From contig CAZKWX010000005.1 of the NCBI GenBank assembly GCA_964556685.1, forward strand, positions 1 through 55,935: a stretch of DNA of 55,935 nucleotides, written 5' to 3'. Made by a program: the position numbers and the translations under genes. The stretch is from an uncultured Bdellovibrionales bacterium. Its GTDB lineage: Bacteria; Patescibacteriota; Minisyncoccia; Moranbacterales; DUUL01. Positions 27,109-38,185 of this stretch are shown here, in pieces (position 1 is the stretch's first letter; every line of letters starts with the position of its first letter). The notes beneath the pieces were generated by a model that made no database searches, was not told the origin of the DNA, and saw nothing but the letters and a program-made list of their open reading frames with translations.

Positions 27109-28093
27109 TTTCTAAACTGACTTTCTCTTTACCGACTCTCATTTTTGCTATTCCGCCAATGGGAAAAGTAAATTGGGGAGTTGTGTGACCAAAATCTGCA
27201 TTAGCAATAATTGGCAAGCCTTTGAGCTTGTTTTTTGTTTGAACAATTTTTTTTAATTTTTCCATTGTCATATTGCTCTTCTTTTGAAATCTTCCAAAAA
27301 CTATTCCTCTGATGGTATTAGCCCCTAACTGTTGTAGAAGAGATTGAAGATTTCTATCAAATTCTTCTGGAAAATATTCGGCTGCTAAATCATCGTCCTC
27401 AATAAACAGAACTGTATCTTTCAAAAATGGCATAAATTCTGTCCCTTGTAGTAAGTTTAGAGTGCAAAGATTCCCACCAATTATTCTCCCCGCACAACTG
27501 CCTTTCTGGATCATTTTATAACCACTATTCTTAATAAATTTTCTCTTTTTTTGATCATTATACCAACGGTCGTCGCTCCATTGTTTGGATGGTTTAACAG
27601 GCAAGGTCTTATTTTCTTCCATAACGCCTTTTATAAAATACTTCTCAGAATAGCTAAATCCTTTTTTCATTCCAAAGGCACTGAAATGTGGTCCATGATA
27701 AGTGACCAGACCTGTTTTTACAAAAATAGAGTTAAGTAAAATTGTAATGTCAGAAAATCCGCAAAATATTTTTGGATTTCTTTTAATCAGGTTGAAATTG
27801 ATTTGATCTAATAACTGATTTGAATTAAATCCTCCAATCACTGTCAAAACCATCTTGACATTTTTATCCGCAAATGCCTCGTGAAGATCTTCAATGCGTG
27901 ATTTAATTGATGACGATTTAAAAACGTCGCTCTCTTTGCAATTTTTTCCAAAAGTTACTTTCAAGCCCAAGTTTTCTAATCGATCGATTGCAATTTTTTT
28001 TGTTTCTTTTGAAACTAAGGTCAAACTCCGTGAAGGAGCAATGACTCTGATTTCATCTCTTTTTTTCAACTTTGGCGGGTAAATTTTTTTCAT
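27095..28093 (-). CDS. S66 peptidase family (LD-carboxypeptidase/MccF-like)
   Basis: VIAPS, IGG, GFSDIT, GGNL, FIEDD, DFGHT. Confidence 0.9.
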   Translation of the reverse strand: MKKIYPPKLKKRDEIRVIAPSRSLTLVSKETKKIAIDRLENLGLKVTFGKNCKESDVFKSSSIKSRIEDLHEAFADKNVKMVLTVIGGFNSNQLLDQINFNLIKRNPKIFCGFSDITILLNSIFVKTGLVTYHGPHFSAFGMKKGFSYSEKYFIKGVMEENKTLPVKPSKQWSDDRWYNDQKKRKFIKNSGYKMIQKGSCAGRIIGGNLCTLNLLQGTEFMPFLKDTVLFIEDDDLAAEYFPEEFDRNLQSLLQQLGANTIRGIVFGRFQKKSNMTMEKLKKIVQTKNKLKGLPIIANADFGHTTPQFTFPIGGIAKMRVGKEKVSLEIIAE

Positions 28094-28234
28094 GTTTTTC
28101 AAATTATAAAATTAATATGCTTACTTAAGAATAAATGATTTTATACTCATACTAATATTCTTGACAAAAAATAACAAATATAAGTTTTAATTCGAGGAGT
28201 GATCAAATTTAATCACTCCTCTAGCCTCTCAAAA

Positions 28235-28951
28235 TTATCTTTTTAATTCAATCACAGGGATTCTTTTATTTTGGCTGAAGGTACAATTTTGAATAATCGC
28301 GACTGAAGCAGACTCCACTCCTAATATCACCGGGTTAGGACCATATGCACCTTTTTCTAGTAAAATACCATCTAAAATATAGCTAGCCAGTATTTTATTA
28401 GCAATTGCCTGCTTTAAGGACTCCGGAACATTAGATGAGAATATCTGAGATAGAATTGTTCTCTCGATTTCGACAAACCTTGTTGGCACTTTTGAAAGGA
28501 ATTTTTCAGTCTTCCTACAAATATTCCAATACTCTTTCAAATTCTCCTCTCTTTCCCAAATATTACGATTTGAAATAATATCAAATCCTTCAACTTTTGG
28601 TGGTGCGGGAATTTTCATAAACGGAATAACGAAGCAAACATAAGAATCAGAGTCTGCCCACACCAGAACTATCCTTGAGCTTTCAATAAAGTTTTCACTC
28701 TCTTTTTGAAAATGATAAATTCGATCGATTCGAGAGATAGCGCCTTGACTAAGTCCAGCACTATACTTCGTTCTAACATCAACAATTTGCCCCTCTTTCC
28801 CTCGATGTGTCCTTTTCACTTGAAACGGTATCGTTCGATGAGGACAGAGAAACCCTACAAAAGTAAATCCTTCTTCTGGCTCTTCATCACGGTAAAAATT
28901 TGATACCTTTTCCACCGAAGATAGCGCCCTTAGTTTTTCAAAAAGATCCAT
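28235..28951 (-). CDS. hypothetical protein
   Basis: GGGAGG SD before ATG 28951 (MDLFEKL). Confidence 0.65.
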   Translation of the reverse strand: MDLFEKLRALSSVEKVSNFYRDEEPEEGFTFVGFLCPHRTIPFQVKRTHRGKEGQIVDVRTKYSAGLSQGAISRIDRIYHFQKESENFIESSRIVLVWADSDSYVCFVIPFMKIPAPPKVEGFDIISNRNIWEREENLKEYWNICRKTEKFLSKVPTRFVEIERTILSQIFSSNVPESLKQAIANKILASYILDGILLEKGAYGPNPVILGVESASVAIIQNCTFSQNKRIPVIELKR

Positions 28952-29038
28952 GAGTTCCCTCCCTTTTTCTAAATGAACAAACAAAAAACTCCTCCTCTGC
29001 CAAGAAAGAGTTTTTTGTTGAAATATATAAATAAATCG

Positions 29039-29350
29039 TTAGCTAAACCCTTTCTTGAAAGAGGAGGGATTGTGATGCATTCTGTTGATCATTTCTCGGT
29101 AACCGCCTTTGCCGTTTTTCAGCCATTTTGAAACTCGAGCTACCGTGGCGCTGCTCAAACCAGTTTCTTTTTCAATTTTAGTATATGGAATATCTCGAGA
29201 AAGCATTTTAGCTGCTTGCCATCGATTGCCAAATTCAACAATCTCTGCTGGAGTCAGCAAATCACGCAAAAACTTTTTGGCTTCTTTTCTGTTTTTTAAA
29301 GCCAGAATAACTTCGATTAGTTTTTCAGTTTCTCGGTTATCCCATTTCAT
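29039..29350 (-). CDS. YerC/YecD family TrpR-related protein
   Basis: FLRDLLTPAE..RWQAAKML..YTKIEKETGLSSATVARVSKWL..G.GGY. Confidence 0.9.
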   Translation of the reverse strand: MKWDNRETEKLIEVILALKNRKEAKKFLRDLLTPAEIVEFGNRWQAAKMLSRDIPYTKIEKETGLSSATVARVSKWLKNGKGGYREMINRMHHNPSSFKKGFS

Positions 29351-29357
29351 AATTATC

Positions 29358-29400
29358 ACTTTAGTTAACTAAAGTATAGCAAAGCTTAACTTTTTGTCAA
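29358..29400 (-). promoter_or_regulatory. promoter with overlapping 18-bp palindromic operator
   Basis: TTGACA-16 bp-TATACT; ACTTTAGTTAACTAAAGT perfect palindrome at 29358-29375. Confidence 0.6.
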
Positions 29401-29526
29401 GTTTTTAAGATTAATCACTTTTTCATAAATCTCTTGACTTAAGAGAAAAAATAGCTTATCCTAAACAAAGCGTTTTCGAATGCTTTTTATTTTATCTAAG
29501 CGATAATATCAGTTATAATAGTAGAT

Positions 29527-30054
29527 ATGGATCAAAAAGTTATTGAATTCAACAAATCGCAACGAGAAAGAAAAATGCCCGACATCAAACCGGGTGATAT
29601 TGTGCGTGTTCACCGAAGGATTAAAGAGGGCGGCAAAGAACGTGTTCAGGTTTTCAAAGGATTGGTGATTGCGGTAAAGGGAAAGCAAAGTTCTTCGCCC
29701 ACCATCACAGTGCGACGTGAATCTGGAGGTGTGGGAGTGGAGATGGTTTTTCCAATTTATCTCCCAACGATTGAAAAGATTGATCTGCTTCGGCACAGCG
29801 AAGTGCGCCGAGCCAAGCTTTATTATATGCGAAAACGATCTGGTCGAGCGGCCAAAATGAAAACTTCTGATCTTTCAGACGAGGAGAAGAAAGTGATGGA
29901 AGAAATTGGGGCTGAGTTAAAATCGAAGGAAGAGGAAAAAACTGAAGACAAAAAAGGCGACAAGAAAGAAGAAGAGAAAAAGCCAACTAAAGAAAAGTCA
30001 ACTTCTAATAAGAAAGAAGAAGAGAAATTGAAAGAAACCAAAGACAAAAAATAA
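29527..30054 (+). CDS. rplS: 50S ribosomal protein L19 with charged C-terminal extension
   Basis: PGDIVRVH..IKEGGKERVQVFKG, GVGVE, VRRAKLYYMR. Confidence 0.96.
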   Translation: MDQKVIEFNKSQRERKMPDIKPGDIVRVHRRIKEGGKERVQVFKGLVIAVKGKQSSSPTITVRRESGGVGVEMVFPIYLPTIEKIDLLRHSEVRRAKLYYMRKRSGRAAKMKTSDLSDEEKKVMEEIGAELKSKEEEKTEDKKGDKKEEEKKPTKEKSTSNKKEEEKLKETKDKK

Positions 30055-30080
30055 TTTCTTTATATAAAGTTGTTCCTCGA

Positions 30081-30163
30081 GCCCCGATGGTGGAATTGGT
30101 ATACACACACGCTTGAGGGGCGTGGCGCTTCGGCGCATGAGAGTTCAAATCTCTCTCGGGGCA
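30081..30163 (+). tRNA. tRNA-Leu(GAG)
   Basis: GCCCCGA...TCGGGGC-A; loop TT-GAG-GG. Confidence 0.95.
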
Positions 30164-30175
30164 CATAAATAAAAG

Positions 30176-30249
30176 GGGCGCTTAGCTCAGCTGGTTAGAG
30201 CATCTGGTTTACACCCAGAAGGCCGGGAGTTCGAATCTCTCAGCGCCCA
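30176..30249 (+). tRNA. tRNA-Val(TAC)
   Basis: GGGCGCT...AGCGCCC-A; loop TT-TAC-AC. Confidence 0.95.
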
Positions 30250-30252
30250 CAC

Positions 30253-30277
30253 AAAAAACGCACTTGATGCGTTTTTT
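30253..30277. terminator. bidirectional terminator
   Basis: AAAAAACGCA-cttga-TGCGTTTTTT. Confidence 0.75.
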
Positions 30278-30297
30278 AGATTTCAGATCTAATTTTT

Positions 30298-31287
30298 CTA
30301 TGCCCAGCCCAAAATTGCTCCGATATAGAAAAGATAAAATATTATTAAAAACGCTCCTTCCCAACGAGTGATTTCTTTATCTTGGGTGATGAAAAGATAC
30401 ATGATGGTGGCAATCAGCATAATGGGCAAACCAAAGAGAATGATACTGGAGGGAATGACCAGAGTCCCGAAAAGACCAGCTATGCCCATGACTCCCAGAG
30501 CATTGAAAATATTAGAGCCCAAAATGGTGCCGACAGCAATTTCTGCTTTGCCTTTTTTGGCCGCTGACAAACTCACCACTAACTCTGGAAGAGACGTTCC
30601 CAGAGCAATCATGGTGGCAGCGATAACAGCAGGAGCAATGTTAAAAATCTCTGCGATAGCGATGGTCGAATCAATGGTGAACTTGGCACCAATAAAAATA
30701 AAAAATCCACTGATCAACAGAACCACCAAACTGCCCACTGGAAAATCCGTTAGCTTAAGACCAAAAAATTTAAACTCTCTGCGTAAATCTTTTTCCAGCT
30801 TCTGCTCCCTTCTTTTTTCTTTCGGGCTCATCTTTTTCTGCATTTGAATAGCGCGCATGAAGTATACTCCTAGGCCTGCCAAGCATAAAAAAGCTTCAAA
30901 AAGAGTAAATTTTCCATCAATGATCATCATGGCCAACAAAAAAGCCGACCCCATGAGGATTGGCAAGTCAACATTGATGATTTCGTAGCCCAATTTGATT
31001 CTGATAGCCACAAAAGCAGCTAGACCAAGAACGAGAAAAATATTCGTGATGTTAGAACCGACTACGTTTCCAACAACTATTTCTGAAGTGCCCTGAAGCA
31101 CTGCAATGATGGAAGAGGTCAGTTCAGGCAGAGAAGTTCCAATGGCCACAATGGTCACTCCGATGATGAAAGCCGGCATCCTGAAGAAGACGCCAATTTT
31201 TTCTGCTGCATCGGTGAAATAATCCGAAGCTTTGACCAAGATGGCCAAGCTAGCAACAAATATTCCAATCCAAAAAAGTGTTCCCAT
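30298..31287 (-). CDS. calcium/sodium antiporter (YrbG family)
   Basis: Two GTSLPE...GSNI alpha repeats. Confidence 0.93.
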   Translation of the reverse strand: MGTLFWIGIFVASLAILVKASDYFTDAAEKIGVFFRMPAFIIGVTIVAIGTSLPELTSSIIAVLQGTSEIVVGNVVGSNITNIFLVLGLAAFVAIRIKLGYEIINVDLPILMGSAFLLAMMIIDGKFTLFEAFLCLAGLGVYFMRAIQMQKKMSPKEKRREQKLEKDLRREFKFFGLKLTDFPVGSLVVLLISGFFIFIGAKFTIDSTIAIAEIFNIAPAVIAATMIALGTSLPELVVSLSAAKKGKAEIAVGTILGSNIFNALGVMGIAGLFGTLVIPSSIILFGLPIMLIATIMYLFITQDKEITRWEGAFLIIFYLFYIGAILGWA

Positions 31288-31303
31288 TTTATTTTATGTT
31301 AAC

Positions 31304-32413
31304 TTAACTGCCTTCTGTCCCAAAGGCTGGTGCTTTTTTGACAATTTTTTCTTCTGCTTCTTCTTCGACTTTCTCTTCTGCTCTTTCTTCAACTTTTACT
31401 CCGCCCAGTTTTTTGGTCCACCAAACCCAAATGTCAGTTGACCAAAGAGCAAAGATTGATTTGACCAATAAAGAAGCTGCAATAAAAGCTAACAAGATTA
31501 TTCCGCCGATGAATACGGCGCTTGTTATTGCACCCGGTTGTTTCAGACCTTCGAATCCACCGGAGATAGCAATGAATGGCACTGCAATTATCAAAATAAT
31601 GATAATGAAAGATACGATTACGGCGAAAACCACCACCACGTGCAGAATTCCAACAAAAAACTTGAAAAGTAACAGTTTAAGAGCTTCTTTGATGTTTTTT
31701 GTTACCAAAGAATAACCTTTTTTGATTGAAGTAATGATTTTTTCATCGGATAGAACTATATATACCGTGGCTATGTTTTTGATATATGCTACTAACATTG
31801 AAACTAGTATCATGGCCAGCACAAATAGCAAAATTAGAATAACTCCCAGAGCAATAAGAGCGGGAGCCTGAGAAGCAAAGAGAGGAATCAGCGGCACAAT
31901 CAAAATCAGCACTGCTAAAAGTATGATCACGATTATAGTCAGATCCAGACCGATGATCCTTCCCATATTTTTCTTCCCTTTTTTCCAAACTTGTTTGAAG
32001 TCGAAACTGATTGGTTTTCCATGATCTTGGATTTCACTCAGTGCTTGAATCACTCCACTGCGAGCAATGGCCGAAAGAATCCAGAAGAGAATCATTAAAA
32101 GCAGAAATATTGCTATTCCCAGAGCGATCCAACCCCAGTTTTGTTGAAAAAACATCACCGCTTGATTTTCGATCATTTCTTGTTGAGGTATTTGTTCTTT
32201 TCCCCCTCCAAAATCACCGAAATTGTTAAAGCTCATTCCTCCACCAGCTGGCAGAAGAATACCCCAAAACCAAAGCCAGCGATATTTCCAAACCCGGAAA
32301 AAGGCGTCTTTGAAAGCATCACCATATTCAGAGAACCAAGATTCTTTTTTCTCTGAATCAGCACTGGCTGATTGAAGATTATTTTCCCCCATTTGATTGT
32401 TTTGTGTTTCCAT
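31304..32413 (-). CDS. hypothetical multi-pass membrane protein
   Basis: About 6 TM helices; WKYRWLWFWG motif. Confidence 0.75.
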   Translation of the reverse strand: METQNNQMGENNLQSASADSEKKESWFSEYGDAFKDAFFRVWKYRWLWFWGILLPAGGGMSFNNFGDFGGGKEQIPQQEMIENQAVMFFQQNWGWIALGIAIFLLLMILFWILSAIARSGVIQALSEIQDHGKPISFDFKQVWKKGKKNMGRIIGLDLTIIVIILLAVLILIVPLIPLFASQAPALIALGVILILLFVLAMILVSMLVAYIKNIATVYIVLSDEKIITSIKKGYSLVTKNIKEALKLLLFKFFVGILHVVVVFAVIVSFIIIILIIAVPFIAISGGFEGLKQPGAITSAVFIGGIILLAFIAASLLVKSIFALWSTDIWVWWTKKLGGVKVEERAEEKVEEEAEEKIVKKAPAFGTEGS

Positions 32414-32535
32414 TTTTGTTGGTTATTATTTGTCAGGACTATTTTATCATATTTTACCCAGCGGCGAAATGGTCAGTTTTTCATTTGCCAAGCCTTTTTT
32501 GATTGGGTATGATTAAAGTTAAGAATAATATTTAA

Positions 32536-32638
32536 TGTCATCCCGAGCGTAGTCCCGACGTGAAGTCGGGACGTAGTCGAGGGATCTCATTATTAATATG
32601 AGATTTCTCCACTTCGCTACGCTTCGGTCGAAATGACA
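32536..32638. repeat. family B element with nested palindrome
   Basis: TGTCATCCCGAGCGTAGT[CCCGACGTGAAGTCGGGA]..GAGGGATCTC...GAGATTTCTCC..GGTCGAAATGACA. Confidence 0.8.
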
Positions 32639-32646
32639 TTTACATT

Positions 32647-33642
32647 ATGAACAAAAAAACTATCTTTTCTGGCATTCAACCTTCGGGCAATCTCCATTTA
32701 GGAAATTATTTGGGCGCTATAGTTAATTGGGTAGCCATGCAAGAAGAATATGAAAATCCAATTTTTTGCGTGGTTGATTTGCATGCTGTGACGGTTCCTC
32801 AAGATCCAAAAGAACTGCGAGAGAAAACAATTGAAATTGCCAAGATCTATATGGCTGCTGGAATCGATCCGAAAAAATCAACTATTTTTGTTCAATCCGA
32901 TGTGCCGGCTCATGCTGAATTAATGTGGTGTTTGAATACCATTGCCAAAACGGGAGAATTATTTAAAATGACTCAATTTAAGGACAAAACCGGCATTAAG
33001 GAAAAGGCCAATGTTAGCATTGATGTAGGACTTTTGAATTACCCCATTCTAATGGCCGCCGATATTCTTTTGTATGACACTGATGTAGTCCCAGTGGGCG
33101 AAGACCAAAAACAGCATGTGGAATTGGCTCGCATATTGGCTCGCCGATTCAACGACCGGTTTGGAGAAACTTTCAAAGTACCTGAGGCTGTTCTCAAAAA
33201 AGAAACTATGCGCATTATGAGTTTAGATAATCCAGAAAAAAAGATGAGTAAGTCTGCAAAAAGCAAATACGATGGCATTGGACTACTCGATGCCCCAGAC
33301 ACCATTCGCGAAAAAATCAAGAAAGCTGTCACTGACAGCGGTAGTGAAGTCAAATATTCTGACAAAAAACCGGCTATTCAAAATTTACTTAATATTTTTT
33401 CCGCTGTAACTGCTCAGCAGCCAGATAAGATCGCAGCAAATTACGCTGGCAAGGGGTATGCGGAGCTCAAAAAAGATTTAGCTGAAGCCGTGGTTGAATT
33501 TCTGGCGCTTTTTCAAAAGAAGTTTCACGAAACTCCCGATTCCGATGTGAAGATAGCTTTGAAGCAAGGAAAAGAAAAACTTCTGCCTGTGGCGGAGAAA
33601 AAAATGAAGGAAGTGAAAGAAAAAATGGGACTGGGCATATAG
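32647..33642 (+). CDS. trpS: tryptophan--tRNA ligase
   Basis: SGIQPSG.LHLGNYLG, YPILMAADIL, VPVGEDQ, KMSKS. Confidence 0.97.
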   Translation: MNKKTIFSGIQPSGNLHLGNYLGAIVNWVAMQEEYENPIFCVVDLHAVTVPQDPKELREKTIEIAKIYMAAGIDPKKSTIFVQSDVPAHAELMWCLNTIAKTGELFKMTQFKDKTGIKEKANVSIDVGLLNYPILMAADILLYDTDVVPVGEDQKQHVELARILARRFNDRFGETFKVPEAVLKKETMRIMSLDNPEKKMSKSAKSKYDGIGLLDAPDTIREKIKKAVTDSGSEVKYSDKKPAIQNLLNIFSAVTAQQPDKIAANYAGKGYAELKKDLAEAVVEFLALFQKKFHETPDSDVKIALKQGKEKLLPVAEKKMKEVKEKMGLGI

Positions 33643-33737
33643 ATGCCAGTAGTACGCTCTGGCAGATCGCCCGCTATACGCCAGTGAATTATTTTATGAT
33701 TTTTGATTTACGATTTTTGATTTCAGATCGAATATGA

Positions 33738-33769
33738 AAGAAACCGGATTTCCAAGGAAATCCGGTTTC
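33738..33769. repeat. GAAACYGGATTTCC..GGAAATCCRGTTTC palindrome (second copy ~37994-38026)
   Basis: Two near-identical long palindromes downstream of trpS and gyrA. Confidence 0.7.
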
Positions 33770-33935
33770 GTCTTTCGGTTGATCTATGATTGATACTTTG
33801 AGATTTGGAAACAAAAACAATTCCGAATACTTGGAATTGTTTTTGTTTACTAAAAAAATAGGTATTAAAATAGGTATTTTAATATATATTTATCTACGCA
33901 TCTCAGTAGGAAGAATTATACGAATTTTCATAATG

Positions 33936-34006
33936 TCGGAGTGCTGGGAGTCGAACCCAAACTACATGCTCCCAAAGCATGCGTGCTACCGCTACACCAC
34001 ACTCCG
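33936..34006 (-). tRNA. tRNA-Pro(TGG)
   Basis: Reverse strand CGGAGTG...CACTCCG-A; loop TT-TGG-GA. Confidence 0.93.
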
Positions 34007-34204
34007 TTATAAACAGACTAATAGAACAACAAACTGGTTGGAAATTAATTTATTAAAAATTGAATAAAAATTGTAAATTATAAATTGAAAATTTGTCTTC
34101 AAAGCTCTTTTCATTCTACGTTTTTTTGATCAAAAGTCAATGGACAGAAATGGGTGAATATGATAGTATTATTAAGTAGAAAAACCGCTTAATTTAGACA
34201 AAAA

Positions 34205-34867
34205 ATGACTATATCTTGGTATGGACATTCGTGCTTCAAAATCCAGACTAAACCCAAAAGAGGAGCCGAAGACGTGGTGATAATTACTGATCCTTTTGAT
34301 AAATCTGTTGGTCTTAGGCCTCCTCAGGGCCAAGCCAATGTGGTTACCGTTTCACACGAACATTTTGATCACAACAACACCAAAGCACTCAAAGGAGAGC
34401 CTTTTGTGATTGATGCTCCAGGAGAATATTCTGTCAAAGGAGTTCACCTTCAAGGGATTGAATCTTTTCATGATCACAAAGATGGATCGGAACGAGGATT
34501 CAACAGCATGTTCGTCATTGAAAGCGAAGACATTCGAGTTTGTCATTTGGGAGACTTGGGCCACAAGTTGAGTGAGGGGCAAGTGGAGGAAATTGGCGAG
34601 GTTGATGTGTTAATGATTCCAGTGGGCGGTGTTTATACCATTGATGCAAAAGAAGCCAAAGAGGTGGTGGGTCAATTGGAACCTCGAATGATTATTCCGA
34701 TGCACTACAAAGTTTCTGGATTGAAAGTTGACATCACCGATGAAAAAGAATTCTTGAAATTGTTGGGACAAAAATCGAATGGCAAAGAACCAAAGCTGAC
34801 TATCAAGAAAAAAGACATTGCTGAAATGGAAAATCATCTAATCATGTTGGAGATGGTTAATAATTAA
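34205..34867 (+). CDS. MBL-fold metallo-hydrolase
   Basis: WYGHSCF, TDPF, SHEHFDHN, HLGD, IPMHY. Confidence 0.9.
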   Translation: MTISWYGHSCFKIQTKPKRGAEDVVIITDPFDKSVGLRPPQGQANVVTVSHEHFDHNNTKALKGEPFVIDAPGEYSVKGVHLQGIESFHDHKDGSERGFNSMFVIESEDIRVCHLGDLGHKLSEGQVEEIGEVDVLMIPVGGVYTIDAKEAKEVVGQLEPRMIIPMHYKVSGLKVDITDEKEFLKLLGQKSNGKEPKLTIKKKDIAEMENHLIMLEMVNN

Positions 34868-34894
34868 TTAGTCTAATAATTATATTTTACTCGC

Positions 34895-35251
34895 ATGATT
34901 AATAAATTACTCGAAAAGCCAGAATCTTATCGAAGAAAAGTAGCTTTCGTTGCCACTGGCGTGATTGGATTTGTTGTTATTGCTGTTTGGCTCACCATCA
35001 CCAACTACAACATGAAACAAGCTCTGGCGCCTGATGCTAGTGAGGTGAAAATAGCTGATAGCTTTCGACAGAATTTGCCTTCATTGAGACAAACCGAAAC
35101 AGTTCAAACTGAACTTTCCAAACAACAAGCAGCAAAATCTGGTGGAGTGGTTACTGGCGAGAAGGAACAAAAAGTTATCATCAATGAAGACGGGGAGGAA
35201 GTTTTAGTTGAAGAAAAAAAGTCATTTTGGGCGGTTTTGTTCGGAAAATAA
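34895..35251 (+). CDS. hypothetical membrane-anchored protein
   Basis: KPESYRRK followed by one TM helix. Confidence 0.65.
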   Translation: MINKLLEKPESYRRKVAFVATGVIGFVVIAVWLTITNYNMKQALAPDASEVKIADSFRQNLPSLRQTETVQTELSKQQAAKSGGVVTGEKEQKVIINEDGEEVLVEEKKSFWAVLFGK

Positions 35252-35341
35252 GGCTTTCTTATTATAAATTCTCGGCTTGACATATCCCGGGCTTGACCCG
35301 GGATGGCTCTTAAAAACTTTGAATTACGAAGCACTTATTTA

Positions 35342-35502
35342 TCCCTCCCCTTGTTAAGGGGCTGTGCTCGTTGAAGACGAGTGCAGGGAGGGGTTAGTTA
35401 AAATGGCCGGCGACTACTGACATTCTGGTTGGTTCGCCATCTGGCAAACCAACTCCCCGAGCAAAGCTCATTCGCTTCGCTCCACTCTTTGGAAGAGGGG
35501 GA
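35342..35502. repeat. family A doublet with nested hairpin
   Basis: Same architecture as 12846-12967. Confidence 0.8.
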
Positions 35503-35542
35503 AGAAAGGAGTTTCATAATTTAAAAAAGTTCAATCAGCAAA

Positions 35543-37972
35543 ATGGAAATCGGAAAAATAGAAAATCGACCAATTACAAAAGAAATGGAGGAGTCATATC
35601 TCTCATATGCAATGAGTGTGATTGTTGCGCGTGCTCTGCCTGATGTGCGTGATGGTCTCAAACCAGTGCAACGGAGAATTCTCTATGCTATGTGGAGGTT
35701 GGGACTGAAACACAATGCTAGATTTCGAAAATCCGCCACTGTGGTGGGTGAAGTGTTGGGAAAATATCACCCTCATGGAGACAGCGCTGTCTATGAAACC
35801 ATGGTGCGTATGGCTCAAGACTTTTCTTTGCGCGATCCATTGATCCATGGTCAAGGAAACTTTGGTTCCATGGATGGAGATGGCGCCGCCGCTATGCGTT
35901 ACACCGAAGCAAAACTTTCTGCCATTTCTGAAGAAATGCTTTTTGATATTGAAAAGAAAACAGTTGACTGGAGAGAAAATTATGATGGCACAAGAAAAGA
36001 ACCGGTCTTTCTTCCAGCTAAACTTCCCCAGCTCCTTTTGAATGGCACCATGGGAATCGCAGTGGGAATGGCCACCAACATCCCCCCTCACAATCTTTCC
36101 GAGTTGGTTGATGGAATTAGTCACTACATTGATAATCCAGACGTAACCATTGATGAGTTGGTGGAATTCATCAAAGGTCCTGATTTTCCCACCGGTGGAA
36201 TTATTTATAATCAAAAAGATCTTTTAGAAGCCTACAAAACTGGCAAAGGCGGCATTGTCACTCGAGCTAAAGCAGACATTGTTGAAACCAAACAGGGGCA
36301 ATTCCAAATCGTCATTAGTGAAATTACCTATCAAACAAACAAGGCTAACTTGATCATGAAAGTTGCTCAGTTAGTCAAAGACGGAAAGTTAGATGGAATC
36401 AAAGACATTCGAGACGAATCTGACAAAGACGGGGTGAGAATTGTCATCGAAATGAAAAAAGATGCCTTTCCAAAGAAAATCTTAAACAAGCTCTATTCGG
36501 CCACGGAACTTCAGAAAACTTTCCATTTTAATATGTTAGCATTGGTTGAAGGAATAGAGCCGCGCATTTTGAATCTCAAATCCATCATTGAATATTATGT
36601 CAAGCATCGTCAGAATGTTGTTACTCGCCGAACTAAATTTGAATTGAATCAAGCCAAAGACCGAGCTCACATCTTGAAAGGATTGAAAAAAGCTTTAGAT
36701 CAAATCAATCAAGTAATCGCAACAATCAAAAAATCCTCCACCAAAGAAACAGCTCACAAAAATCTAATGACGAAGTTTAAGCTTTCTGATAAACAAACTG
36801 AGGCAATTCTGGAAATGAAATTGCAAACTTTGGCTGGACTGGAAAGAAAGAAGATTGAAGATGAGTTAGAAGAAAAATCGAAATTGATCAAAAGACTTGA
36901 AGGAATTTTAAAAAGTCCTAAGAAGATTTTAGAAATTATTAAAAAAGAACTTTTAGAAGTAAAAGACAAATTCGGTTCGGAGAGAAAAACCAGAGCTATC
37001 AAGGGAGGCATCGGCGACTTCTCTCAAGAAGATCTAGTAGCCAATGAAGAAGCAATTATCAGTCTCACCGAAGATGGTTACATCAAAAGACTTCCTCCTT
37101 CAACCTTCCGCACTCAAAAGAGAGGCGGCAAAGGTGTCATCGGTGGCGCCATCAAGGAAGGTGACGCAGTGGACAAAGTCATGACCGTGATGACCCATGA
37201 TGACTTGTATTTTTTCACCAATACAGGAAAAGTGTTTTCTTTGAAAGCTTATGAAATTCCTGTTTCCACTCGAACTGCCAAAGGCCAAGCTATCGTAAAT
37301 TTTTTGCAAATAGGTCCGGAAGAAAATATCACCTCCATTTCAAAAGTTTCCAAAGATTCGGGAGCAAAGTACATGGTGATGCAAACGGTGCAAGGGAAAA
37401 TCAAAAAAACTAAGTTGGAAGACTTTGCTAATGTGAGACGATCGGGTCTGATTGCCATTGGATTGAGCAAAGACGATTCTCTGGGTTGGGTGCGAGTGAC
37501 TTCAGGAAGAGATGACATCGTCATTGCTACTGCTAATGGTCAAGCTATTCGCTTTGCCGAAAGTGGTGTGCGAGCTATGGGAAGAAATGCTGCTGGAGTC
37601 AAGGGAATCAATCTTAAAAAAGATGATTATGTGGTCAGTATGAATGTGGTTCAAAAGAAACTGAAAAAGCCCGAGCTATTAGTGATTAGTGAAAATGGCT
37701 GTGGGAAAAGAACCAGATTGAGTAAATATAAAAAGCAATCTCGTGGCGGCATGGGAATCAAGACTTTGAAAGTCACTGCTAAGACTGGAAAATTAATCTG
37801 TGCTCATGTGGTTGAATCAGAAGCCGAACTAGACTTGATTGCCAGCTCTGATAAAGGCCAGATTATCCGAACTGCTTTGATTGACATCTCCGTTTTGGGA
37901 CGAGCCACTCAAGGTGTTTGCATCATGAAGCTCAAGAGAGGTGAGAAAGTGGCGGCTACGACAGTTTTATAG
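35543..37972 (+). CDS. gyrA: DNA gyrase subunit A
   Basis: [28 protein letters not shown], GyrA-box QKRGGKG. Confidence 0.98.
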   Translation: MEIGKIENRPITKEMEESYLSYAMSVIVARALPDVRDGLKPVQRRILYAMWRLGLKHNARFRKSATVVGEVLGKYHPHGDSAVYETMVRMAQDFSLRDPLIHGQGNFGSMDGDGAAAMRYTEAKLSAISEEMLFDIEKKTVDWRENYDGTRKEPVFLPAKLPQLLLNGTMGIAVGMATNIPPHNLSELVDGISHYIDNPDVTIDELVEFIKGPDFPTGGIIYNQKDLLEAYKTGKGGIVTRAKADIVETKQGQFQIVISEITYQTNKANLIMKVAQLVKDGKLDGIKDIRDESDKDGVRIVIEMKKDAFPKKILNKLYSATELQKTFHFNMLALVEGIEPRILNLKSIIEYYVKHRQNVVTRRTKFELNQAKDRAHILKGLKKALDQINQVIATIKKSSTKETAHKNLMTKFKLSDKQTEAILEMKLQTLAGLERKKIEDELEEKSKLIKRLEGILKSPKKILEIIKKELLEVKDKFGSERKTRAIKGGIGDFSQEDLVANEEAIISLTEDGYIKRLPPSTFRTQKRGGKGVIGGAIKEGDAVDKVMTVMTHDDLYFFTNTGKVFSLKAYEIPVSTRTAKGQAIVNFLQIGPEENITSISKVSKDSGAKYMVMQTVQGKIKKTKLEDFANVRRSGLIAIGLSKDDSLGWVRVTSGRDDIVIATANGQAIRFAESGVRAMGRNAAGVKGINLKKDDYVVSMNVVQKKLKKPELLVISENGCGKRTRLSKYKKQSRGGMGIKTLKVTAKTGKLICAHVVESEAELDLIASSDKGQIIRTALIDISVLGRATQGVCIMKLKRGEKVAATTVL

Positions 37973-38185
37973 AGAAATGTTGATGAATATATGAAGAAAC
38001 TGGATTTCCTTGGAAATCCAGTTTCTTTTTAGCTTTGTAATCCGGAAATTCTGTATGACTTTCTAAGCATGGCTATAATTTCACAACAGTTATGTTTTTC
38101 TTTATTAAGACCAGTTATGATATAATATTTTTGGTTCCCAATTAACTCTTCGTCTCAAGTATCACCTACTCTCTGTTAAAAAAGA

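Noticed and set aside
27095-28102. Microcin C biosynthesis/immunity cluster
   Set aside because: Lone S66 peptidase with no mccA/mccB-like neighbours
35760-35800. Quinolone-resistance substitution in GyrA
   Set aside because: [10 protein letters not shown] keeps the wild-type Ser and acidic residue
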